The notes under the pieces were generated by a model. That model was not told the DNA's origin and did not search any database. It saw only the letters and a list, made by a program, of their open reading frames with translations. From assembly GCA_021613535.1 (NCBI GenBank), contig CP075496.1, forward strand, positions 13,950,001 through 14,014,000: 64,000 nucleotides of DNA, in the 5' to 3' direction. Shown in pieces: positions 53,174 through 64,000 of this stretch. The first letter of the stretch is position 1; each line of letters starts with the position of its first letter. Both the position numbers and the translations under genes were made by a program. The DNA is from Adineta vaga. Lineage: Eukaryota; Animalia; Rotifera.

Positions 53174-54472
53174 GAATATAATAATGATGGGACTCATGTT
53201 TTATTTTGTTTAAAGTTATATTTCATTGTTAAAAGGAATAATATTACGTGCTTTGTTGATTTTCCACATAATGCGTAATAACAGTAATTAAAATAACGAA
53301 TAAGAAAAAATCTTACTTTAAGTGATACTCAATTGTAAGTGGAAGATATATTTTCTTTATTGGGTGTATCGAGAATAACGCCTTTTTACTTTGTGAATCG
53401 AATTCTAATTCTGATTAATATTTGATTATTCACAGTATTTTTTATAAGAAATTGTTCGAGAGATACATATTAGATATGAGTGGTACAGAAGTATAATATT
53501 TTCGAAATATCGAAATTCTGCATTTTCAAGTTGAAAGTTTAGAAATTTTTATTGATCTTTTAATTCAAAGTGTTATTTGATATGATTATATAACTGTATA
53601 AGAAAGAGAAAAAAAACAAGACAATAATAGAAAAACATGTTATACTATCAGAATCATAGACGAAGAGAAGAAATAAAATACATGATATCTGATTTCATTT
53701 GTGTACATAATTGAACAAAAAATAATCTCCTCTTTTTTCCAAGTGTACATTAAATTATATATGTAAAATAATCACCATCTTACATAAAAACCATGAGTTG
53801 CCTAGTTCGAATTATAATATAAATGCACATTTAGCTATATAATATCACTTCGAAAATAAATGACAAAACTCGAACTAAATTGTTTCCATAAAACAGGAAT
53901 ACTTTTTCTTCTATCTATAGTTAATTATAACTCACGTAGAGTATATTTCTGTAAAAATAGGAATAGTTTTATTTCAGTTGGTATTTAATACAATACAAAA
54001 ATATATACATATATCTCTGTTTACGAATGTTGTTTACTGAAAACAAAAGCTAAATCTTTATCTAACAACAACTATGTCTATAAACGCTTTTAAAAAATCA
54101 TCATTTATATTCGAAGTCGAATTAGGCAGCTACTCCAATAGACAGCTTCTCTCTAAAATATACAAAAATAAAAAGAAAATTTTATTACTCGTTATAAAGA
54201 AGAAATTTGATAGAGAAATAATAAATACTAACTAATGGAATTAAAAACAGATTATTACGTTTATTTGGAGGACGCTGAACAGAACATAAGTTAGCGTAGA
54301 ATTGAGCAACCTAGCGAGAGAATTTGAAAAGAAAATAATAAAAGAAATTCTACAGCGACGATTAAAACTTACAAGTAAATCTTAAAATTCATCTGGAATG
54401 GTTTGATTATCAGTTACTAATATATTTTTCAATGTATTAGGAATTTTATGATGATCAACAAGATATGAACTG

Positions 54473-54821
54473 GATTCCAATTGACCGATTAGATGATATA
54501 CAACTTCAATTTTTTCGACGACGTCGTTTTCTTAGACCTAGGATATGTTAAATGATCGAATTTTGTAACTGATGGGATAGCTTGTACTGGTCGATCAACG
54601 ATAGCGTGAAGTAGTGATCTTCTTATTTCTTTTTCATTTGATTCACCAGCTAAATCAACGATGATTGACCAATGTGACTTTTTACCTTGAGAAGGATTAT
54701 GTTTTATAAGATACAGTATTTGCCATGGATTTATTTAAAATAAAACTTGGTAAGGATTCATGTCCTGGTGCTAATTCAAGTGGTGCTATTCTCATAAATT
54801 CTTTTTGTAGATAATAATAAT
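54473..54821 (-). pseudogene. Orphan, frameshifted exon fragment of an unidentified gene
   Basis: Acceptor TTTTTTATTCCAG followed by YYYLQKEFMRIAPLELAPGHESLPSFILNK, then in another frame PSQGKKSHWSIIVDLAGESNEKEIRRSLLHAIVDRPVQAIPSV. Codon usage looks coding; no family recognised. Confidence 0.35.
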
Positions 54822-54933
54822 CTGGAATAAAAAACAAAACAAGGATGGAATATTTCTACACGATGTACACACCATTAATTTGTCTGTCTACATGTATAAA
54901 ATAGAAGTTCTACTCTTTTAACAAGAATTTTAT

Positions 54934-55592
54934 AAAACAAGTAACGCTCGTCAACAGACTCGCTCAGCTCTTTCTCGTAGAAGGAGTGCTTTCAGATGTT
55001 ACATTTCTAATGCCTTATCGCGTATATAACTTTATTCTGTAAAAAACTTTAAAAAGCTAACGTTAGATTCGTATCTCCATACCTCGAAAACTCTATAGTC
55101 AACTTTTAGAAAAACAACAGTTTTTTTTCATAAGAAGTGATCCTTTCTTGAAAAAAAATGAGCCATAAAAAAATTCAAAAACTAATACTAGATTCCTGTT
55201 CCCCAACCGAAAAAGTGTTTTGGTCAAATGTGTAAAAACGATCCTTTGCCTAAAAAAAAGACTTTTTTCTTCGTAAAAAATGGTCTTTTCTCCAAAAAAC
55301 ATTTTTTAAAAAGAATTTTAAAAAAATAGCATCAAATTCGAAGTTGCCGCCACGAAATATCCCCAAAAATGTGTTTTTGGAAAAACTGATTTTCGATGTT
55401 TTTTTGACCTCTCAACCACCTCATATGGTCACCCAACTGACCCCAAATTCGAACTCCCAGAATCGAAATACCTCCAGAAATGTCTTTTTCTGAAAAACTC
55501 ATTTTCGATGTTTTTTTGACCCTGCAGACACACAAGCAATGAAGCAAACAATTTATGTTTCTAAGACTCTTCTCTACGAGAAAGAGAATATT
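54934..55592. mobile_element. Non-autonomous Helentron-associated element (HINE, DINE-1-like)
   Basis: Perfect 14-bp subterminal inverted repeat CTCTTTCTCGTAGA (54968-54981) / TCTACGAGAAAGAG (55573-55586), each forming a local hairpin. Left end AAAACAAGTAACGCT-CGTCAACAGACT; internal ~43-bp direct repeat (about 55367 and 55478); no ORF. Confidence 0.7.
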
Positions 55593-56170
55593 TATGTGAT
55601 GTTTCAACAGATGAGCTATTCATTCGGAACTTCAGTTCTTCTTCGACATTCTTCATATTTTTGTGAATTATCATGATCAGAAAACTGTTCTATTTCACAG
55701 CATGACGTCAACTGATTTAAAACACGTAGATATACTGTGATAAAGTTCCTTGATCCTCTACTCAATGTTTTCCGTGGAAAATGACTCGAACAAGAGATTC
55801 TTCTATCGCATTCAATTAAAGTATTAAAAAAAGGAAATCTTGTTGACATTATCATCACCAATGGGAGTTTTCCGAAAGTCATGTAGTTATGGAGAAGGAT
55901 CCCAAAAACACGTACTCTAGATCATCTTGAGGGTGATGAGAACATATTGTCAGGTGATCATCTGATAGTACTAGGAAACTTTTCCCGGGCATTATTATGA
56001 GAGAACATGAGAAAAGTACGCATAAAAGAAACACAGAATTCAAGTGACGGATGATACCATCGCAGTAGGATTCAAAAACGTTGTTTTAGAATATTTCTAT
56101 TTTTCTTCTATAAGAACTTTGTAGATGTCTATCTTTCTTTATTATAAATAAAAACAAACACATTTACAAA

Positions 56171-57181
56171 ATGAATCATTCTGAAACCACTGATCAACAA
56201 TTCAACATGATCGCACAAAGAATTATGATCATATTCGGTATTCTTATGTGTATTCTTGGTTTAATTGGAAATATTCTTAACATTTCTATATTTACCATTT
56301 GGTATTGTTCACAAATATCTTCAAATAAATTCTCACATTCCAATCGATCAAGAAATAGTTTATTATATTTATCCATTTCATCATTTACAAATATCATTAT
56401 TATTATTTATCCGTTATCAACACGAATATTATTTGATGGTTATCAATATGAAATAACCGAAAGAAATCTTTTTTTGTTATGTAAATTTCGTTACTATATT
56501 TTACATACATTTTATCTAATATCATTAACATCAATTTGTTTAGCAACATTTGATCGATATTTAATTACGTCACGTAATATTCATCTAAGAGAATTAACAA
56601 CAACGAAACAAAGAACATTCTATATTATTTTATTTATTTGTTTTCTTATTGGATTACATAATATTCCATTAATAATTTATTTTAATCTTTCATCTGATGG
56701 AAAATGTTTCGTATTATCACCAATTTATGCTTATTATTATTTATTTGTGTTTCGAATACTATTAGAAGGTATTTTACCAATACTATTTCTTTCAATATTT
56801 GGTATATTAACATTTAAACAATTGAGGGTTTTAGAACAACATCAATCGAATAAACATTTAAATAGTGATCGACAATTAGCTCGAATGTTATTATTAATAT
56901 CTATAACAATTATTATTTCATCAATTCCAAATTGTACTGAACAAATCTATGATTTAATATTTTCAAATGATAATCATCGACATTCATCACGATTCTTTCT
57001 CTATCATGTTATATCATCCATATTATTTTATACAAATCCCGTGATGAGTTTTTATATATTTTATATATCAACACCGAATTTTCGTCATCAATTTCGTCAT
57101 TTAGTTTCAGCGAGAAAACTCGATGATTATTTAGTACACCAACCAATTCATTCGAAAACTGAACCATCTAATGAAGGATAA
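56171..57181 (+). CDS. Class A GPCR, intronless, copy 4 (closest paralog of copy 3)
   Basis: GLIGNILN, LCKFRYY, TFDRY, YTNP..FYIFYISTPNFR; 3' part nearly identical to copy 3. Confidence 0.9.
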   Translation: MNHSETTDQQFNMIAQRIMIIFGILMCILGLIGNILNISIFTIWYCSQISSNKFSHSNRSRNSLLYLSISSFTNIIIIIYPLSTRILFDGYQYEITERNLFLLCKFRYYILHTFYLISLTSICLATFDRYLITSRNIHLRELTTTKQRTFYIILFICFLIGLHNIPLIIYFNLSSDGKCFVLSPIYAYYYLFVFRILLEGILPILFLSIFGILTFKQLRVLEQHQSNKHLNSDRQLARMLLLISITIIISSIPNCTEQIYDLIFSNDNHRHSSRFFLYHVISSILFYTNPVMSFYIFYISTPNFRHQFRHLVSARKLDDYLVHQPIHSKTEPSNEG

Positions 57182-58296
57182 AGTCCTTTCAACCTCTTTT
57201 TTGTTGTGTAATAATGTATGAATTAAAATAAGAAAGCGTAAAAGAAATTGTGTGTTCAAGTAGAATGAAAAAGAAAAAAGTACTTTATTCATATTCGAGG
57301 TATCATCACATGAGAAAAATAAACTAAAAATATATCATGCATTCTTTTTTTATTTTTACAAAATTGTCAGATAGATAAACAGAATTATTCGATATATTAT
57401 GGGTATAATGACGATCATTTATTTAACTGAATTGTATTAATTGTTATGAAAAGAAGTAGTAAACTTTGAGGATAGTATGATTGATTATGAAATGAAAAAA
57501 AAATCATGCTAAAAGAGCTGTAAAATATCAGGAAATAACTTTTAGACTGAGTGCTTTTTAAGGTAAAATCTTTTAAATAAAAATTTTTCTCGATTGATAG
57601 ATACAATATGAATATTTTAAAATATCATTAGGATTAGTGCAGAATTATAATAAAAATCTACCTCATACGGTTTTTACAAAGATATTTGGCCATAAAATCC
57701 AAAATATGGACTCAATGAATAATGCATTCACTATTTAAATGTTTTCCTCATAAATTTTCGCTTATTTTGGAACTATCAACCATCCATACGCATAAAAGAT
57801 CAGTTGGATAACGTCCTGATCCTTCATTTGACTGGAAAAACCTTATGGTTCCACCTCGTAATTTTAACTATAGTACGTGGATATGTTCAGAGCTCAGATA
57901 CTTTAGTTCTATAATTATTTATCCGTTAACTTCGCGGGAAATTCTTTCGGCTTTTAAGGATTAACTGTTTGAATATTCATTCAGCAACGTTTATGATTTA
58001 GAAGATAGAGTGAAGATAAGGATATCTTTATAGTTTTGAGCAAAGAAAATCAATTCATTTTTATCGTATAATTCTTGTGATTATTTTATAAATGAAAATA
58101 GAATTGAAGCATAAAAATATTTTTTATTGTTTGTTTGAGAGAAGAAATTAGTTCCTTGTATTTCGACAATTATCTAGAAGAGTATTTCGAAATATTTATC
58201 GTTAAATAGAGAATAAAAACAAAACATATCATTATGTGAAGAGAGAAAAAAAAATATTCTGAATTAATTTGATAATAAAATATAAAATCTCGTTCT

Positions 58297-60304
58297 CTAT
58301 GTTGGTTTATTCATTTTTCTATTACTGTTAACGAAATTCATAGTTGGAATTCGACTTGTTGTTTTCGTAGTCGACGATGGTGGTGGAGTTCGTGGTAATG
58401 GCGGAGATTTTGGTGATAATGGTTGAGAAGAAGAAGTTGCATTTGATGTTGAATCATTATTAATTGTTTGAACAAGTAATTGACATTTTGTTAATAAACG
58501 TAAATGTAATAAATCAAAATCTACACTTAATTTTTCTTTTTTCATTGTTTCTAAATAAGGTTCACCTCCATAGATCAATTTTTTGCCACTTGATTCTTCC
58601 CATTCTGCAACCATTCGATTTAAATCATCAGTTAATTTCGGAAATTCTCGTGAAAGATCTTTTCCTAAAAGTACAAAGTAAATGTTATATTGAATAAGAA
58701 AAATTCTCTTTTTTCTTACGGAATTTTTCTTCTTTTAATAATTGTGTAGAATTTCCACGAAGTCTCGCCGGATCACCAGCATGTTTTTCAAATTCGACCA
58801 TTTCTTTTTTATACCATTCACGTTTTTGAATTTTGATCAAAACAGGTCGAATTGATTCGACATATGTTTCAAGTTGATGAATTTCATCATTCATTGCTAA
58901 ATAATCATCATCATTTTCTTTCGTTTTCGGAAAAACACGTTGATCATTCGGAACATCTAATTGATCCCATAAAGATTTCAATTTTTCACGAGCTTGAGCA
59001 CGTAATGATGCAGTTAAACGTTCATAGGTTTGACGGATTTCATTCAAAGTTGAACGTGATGTTAATTTATGTGGAAAATCTTTTAATAATAATAAATATC
59101 GTTTACGTATACGTAAATCAACTAATTCTTGTTGTAAATCATATGGACTGACAGGTTCATCTTGTTCAAGTTCAAGACGAAGACGACGAACTTCTTCCAA
59201 AAGTATTTCACGTAAATCTTGATATTCTTTTGCAAGTTGAGTATGTAGAACATGTCCAGTAATTGATTGATGAGCTGTTAACCATGATGATTCATTCCCA
59301 TCAGTTATTATAAGATATGATTTCGCAAGAATTTGATGTTGAGATATTAAATCTGGACTTAAGGAATGAATTTGATCGAGAAGAATTGTTATATCTTGTT
59401 TTAATTTAGTTAATTGTTGAGTTAAATCAGATAGAATAGATTGAGCTTGATTAGTAGAATTTATCTAAATAGAAAAGATTCATTCCTAACTTTCTCAATA
59501 CGATCAAATTTAATCTTCTCTTCTTTGTTTCATCATGAAGTAAAACATAATTGTTATACAAAGCAAATATTCATTGATTTTAATCGATTCTTTTGTAAAA
59601 GAATAGTGTGATTGAATGATATTATGAACATATTGGTTTATTCTCTTAATCAAACTTTGAATTCTTTTTAAATGATTATCAAAATTTGATAAGAAAATCG
59701 AACAGATGACAAATGTTCGTAGAGAATGAAATGAAAAGGAATAGAAGGTCGCTTTTAACCTATTGATGAATAGGACATATAGGATATTTCCCTTGACTCA
59801 AGGAATATTCATCTACAGAATTTGTTCATTTAATAAAACATTAAGATGATCAATGTTCTTTCTGAATACAAAAGTTCATTGAGAAATGATTTATCTTACC
59901 TCATCAATATTGAAATGAATATTTCCAATAAATTTCATTTTCATCTGAATTTGTCCTCTTAATTCAATTAATTCTTTATCTCGTTCAAAGATTAAATTTT
60001 TTAATTCATCAATTTTATCATTAATAAATGTTCGTTGTTCAATTAATGTCATTTGTTGTTTATTCAATGTCACATATGGTAAATTTAATGCATCAAATAA
60101 TTGAAACATTTGTTCGGATAATTTCTTTACATGATTATCTAAATCATTTCGTTGTTGTTCATAAATTGCTAAACGTTCGTGAAAAAATATTCGAGTATCA
60201 TCAATAAATGCTTGACGTTCTTTTTCATGATCAAGATCTAAATCTTGAAGTAAATCTTCTAAACGTAACCATGTTTGATTAGCTACTTCACCTAGAAGAT
60301 GCAT
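58297..60304 (-). CDS. PRC1/Ase1/MAP65 family microtubule cross-linker (3 exons)
   Basis: REKLKSLWDQL...EIHQLETYVESIRPVLIKIQKREW...EFEKHAGDPARLRGNSTQLLKEEKFR|KDLSREFPKLTDDLNRMVAEWEESSGKKLIYGGEPYLE matches the PRC1 spectrin-domain signature; S/T-P sites in the tail. Confidence 0.85.
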
Positions 60305-61450
60305 TTGTTGAATATATATATTACGATATGAAATAGTCTTTCGCGTGGTCTACGAAAGAAAAATATCACAATAATGTGTCACATGTGTCGAACAAACTTG
60401 CAGCTGACGATACGAAAGAGAGAAAAGAAGAGTTAGTAATGGCAGCAGATTGAAGCAAAAAAGGAAAGGGGTTATTCAATGAATACAAAAGAGAACAAGG
60501 AGAGAAAAAAAACGAATGTATTGAGGATTTGATCTATGTTCATTGAGTGGTGTGGTTGGAGGATGATGTAAACACGAAAGAAAATTGAAGTTCATCTAAT
60601 AATGATATGATATTCGGGCTTTTTTTTCTCGCGTTATTCTGACGATTCTTTTGTTTTATCTTTATCAATTTTGTTGACTTTTATTTATGATTAATCTTAC
60701 AATAACGTTTGTTGAAGATAATGATAAGTAAATGTTAGACTTTTCTTTTGACATTATTTCAAAAAATAACGTTGTTTTTTTTCTTCAAAATTTTCAATTG
60801 AACAAAATCATTCTTATATAATACGAGAAGATTTTGTTTTTATATCTATCTTTGTTCGAATGACATAAGAATTCGTGTTCTTTTCAATTCATCTAACAAT
60901 TGATCACGTAGTTTTAAAGAATTTCATGACAAATCTTACTTGTAGATTAAATAGAAGTTTATGAATATCGATCTCATAACCTAAAAGTTATTTTGTCTTG
61001 ACATACAACTCATAAGTAATAAAATTTGTTGAGTAATTTATCATATAGGTCATTGACAATCATCAATTCTTAGTAGTGTGTAATATCTCGAAAAGATTAA
61101 TCTTCTTCTTCTTCTTCTTCTTCCGAAATTTAAATGTAACAATCGATCGGAATGTTGATTTAAAAATAGAAAGGACTTTGTCTATCATTAGACAATAATT
61201 CTTGAAAATATGATACATATTGATTATAAAAAAATCGATGTTAACAAAGGTTTTTTTTTTACACGATACAATCAACATAGATTTGATTTTGTAGATCGTG
61301 ATGTCAAAAACACACAAACAAAGATTGAAGAGAAAAAAATAGCGGATAATAAATACAAAGAATGAGACAACACCGGCAAAAAAGTTTTTTAAAAAACAAA
61401 CGAACAAAAGAAGATTAGAAACTGAGATGAAATTGATACTTAAGAAGATT

Positions 61451-63741
61451 TTATGCAGGAGTTGATTCTTCTTTTAATTTCATTTCGATAGGTTCAGTTG
61501 GAGGTGAAGGTGAATCATTTTCTCGTTTGAGTTTTTTCGATGATCGTGAAGAAGATGAAGTTGATGAATGTGATCCAGGTGATGTCGATACTTTTGGACT
61601 TATTCGAGAGGATTCATCTGACGCTGTTTTCGGAGATGTTCGTTCAGGTTTTACGGATGATATTTTCGAAGATTTATTTAATGAAGAAGTTGCAGCACGT
61701 TCACGTTCATTGATTTGTTCTTGTTGTTGTCGAATCGAATTGAGAAAATGTTCACGTTGCATCAAGGCAGCTGTCATTGCTGACGAATCAAGATTAGGAA
61801 AGAGATTCGATGAACCATTCGTACGAAATGCTGGAGAATCAAGATTTCCAGGAAAGAAATTATTCGATAGAGAATTCGTTCCTGCATTAAATAGAGATGC
61901 ATAAGCAGCAGATAAACGTTGTCGTTCAATAATTGATAATGTTAATGGATCTAAAGCACCAAATGTTGGTGGAAGAGGAATTGAAGGTAATCCTGATGAT
62001 GGATGTAGAGACGTTTTTGATATATCTGATAGAGCTGAAGATTTCACATTCGGTGAATGACGTTTTCGTGAAGATGAATGTAATGGCGGTGATGATGAAG
62101 AAGTTTTATTCGAGACATTCGATGAAGAATGATGATGATGATGTTGATGTTGATGATGAAGTGATCGATGAGGTGAGCGTGAACGAGAACGATGTGATGA
62201 AGAATAATTTGGATTTGTTAAATGTGATGGAGGAAGCATCAAATGATGATGAGAAGAAGAACGACGATCATCATCATTGTTATTAAGAACAGATGATGAA
62301 CGTTTTTTACTAAAAAGAAAAATTTGATTTAGTTTACGGGGTTTTAGTTTTTCAAGAAATCATGATAATCATACTTGTCATGATTACTATTAGTTGTATC
62401 ATCGAGTTTTTTCAATGATAAATTCTCATTTGTGGATGAATGGGGTGGCAAAGGTGGAATTAATGACGATGGTCCAATACCACGATGAAATCGTGACCAA
62501 TCAAGACCAAGAGCAGCAGCTGCTGCTAGTGATCCATTCATATCTGATTTTCGATCGATTGTCGACGAAGATGAAGGAGGCGGAAGAGGCGGTGGTGGAA
62601 ATAAAGAACCGAGACCACCGAATGCAGTTGTCGATGATGGAGGTACACGACCAAATGGTCCATTAGTCATACCAGCAAACTCGAATGGTGATCGATAATC
62701 TAAATGAAATTGAAGTTGATTAACATGTTTCTCTGTTTAAATGAAACTTACTGAATGATGGCGGAGGTAAAAGTGGTGGTTGATATGTTGAAGGTAATGG
62801 AAGAGATAAGTCACTGGTTGAGGATGATAGTGGTGGTAAAAGTGGTTTAGTATTTGTAATTAAATCTGGTAATTTAGAATTAGATGAAGATTGTTGTTGT
62901 TCTTCATCTTTTTTATTATCTGATGGAGATAATTTTTCTTTCGAACGTTGCTGTTGATGATAAATCATCCAAGATATTCGAACATGTGCTGTACACCATT
63001 TACTAGATTTCTAGAACAAAGAAAGAAGAAAATAAATCAATCAATTTTTTCGGCTTTTGTTTCTATTTGTACTTTTGATGAAGGTGATGATGATAATGTT
63101 TCTTTCGTTGATGAATTATTATTATGATTATTATTATTTGAATTAAATGGTGGAAAGATTATAGTCGATGGTGGAGGCGGCGGTGGTGGTGGTGGTAGAA
63201 ACTAAACAAATGATTTGTTAATTAATAAATTAGAACAGATCATTTACTTACATTATTTGTCCGTAGAAATGGAGAAAGACCATTGTCTGATTTGGATAAT
63301 TTATCTAACTAAACGAGAAAAAAAATGAGAATAAGTTTGTTATGTTATACATAATAGATGTTAAACATACTAAAGGATTATTAAGATTTCCATTCAATAA
63401 TGCATTATTTGTTGGTGTTAAAATATTTAAATTATGTTCATGTGTATGTGTATGCTGATGGTAATGTTCTGCACGAAGAAATGGAGGTAGAGGAAAAGTT
63501 GGAAGTCCACTTCCATCTAATGGAGAATTGGTTGATCCAGTTGATGGTCGAGTTAAATTGATATCATGTAAATATCGTGCATTTAATTCACGTAATAAAT
63601 CAGGATCGAGTGAGAAATCTAACGACGATGAAAAAAAATGATTTTGTTTAATGAAAATTATCAATGAAGATTTTCTTTTACTTGGTGTCGCTGAAGTTTT
63701 TCGTGACATAGGTGATAATAATTTATTTGAACGATGATCTT
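61451..63741 (-). CDS. AUTS2/FBRSL1/Tay-bridge-like protein (5' part probably upstream or outside the window)
   Basis: LLRELNARYL, EHYHQHTHTHEH (HX repeat) and KSSKWCTAHVRISWMIYHQQQ match the AUTS2-family motifs LRxELNTRFL, HQHTHQH and [21 protein letters not shown]; Pro/Ser/His-rich remainder. Confidence 0.85.
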
Positions 63742-64000
63742 CTAAATGATAGAAGAAGAAGACGAAATAAAAATAGGAATTTTGTTCAAGGTTATCAAGA
63801 CAATATTTGATGTGTTTTATTTCAATGTTGTCAAATCGATTAAGAAAAAAGAGACACAAGGATCAAGCGCAATGTTGTCTGAGCTGGATAAGCCAAAAGA
63901 AGACATAGAGAAAAGTAAGAAGAGGATGAAATTGATCCGACTATCTTCTTTCTATTCTCGACAAAAATCTTTCTTACAGTCAATTTTGAATTAAGAAAGA

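Noticed and set aside
55704-55711. Perfect CRE TGACGTCA upstream of GPCR4
   Set aside because: A single 8-mer in degraded, probably TE-derived sequence; chance occurrence is plausible in 64 kb.
61527-62666. Plus-strand ORFs opposite the AUTS2-like gene
   Set aside because: Antisense shadows of Ser/Pro/His codon repeats.
1-64000. CRISPR arrays, rRNA, intact transposases or reverse transcriptases, hammerhead ribozymes
   Set aside because: No regularly spaced repeat-spacer array, rRNA motif or RT/DDE ORF seen. The CTGATGA hits I noticed fall in coding exons without flanking stems (visual scan only).

Overview
AT-rich, gene-dense eukaryotic DNA with many 45-60 nt GT-AG introns. The family content (intronless FDRY GPCR array, B-box/propeller protein, 'IVWLD' receiver-like protein, divergent NR1-like receptor) points to a bdelloid rotifer; this is inference, not a database result. 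In order, the window holds: a single-pass membrane protein (-); a TRAFD1/XAF1-like zinc-finger gene (-); a head-to-head pair of a frameshifted receiver-like gene (-) and a divergent Rel-homology-like gene (+), both with a PB1-like N-terminus; a SynGAP/DAB2IP-type RasGAP (-) with alternative first exons, a PDZ-ligand micro-exon, an intronic tRNA-Arg(TCG) and a decayed copy with a TCA anticodon; midasin (+); a 23-N gap; PKA regulatory subunit type I followed closely by a DUF4787 gene; a divergent pair of pseudogenes (UGT and nuclear receptor); a PAQR receptor (-); four tandem class A GPCRs with a B-box/propeller gene, a gene-conversion-like tract and a DINE-1-like Helentron-associated element; a PRC1/Ase1 gene (-); and the 3' part of an AUTS2/Tay-like gene (-). 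The best candidate for an undescribed system is the TRAFD1-like / receiver-like / Rel-like cluster at 2-7.6 kb. All family assignments were made by eye from remembered motifs.
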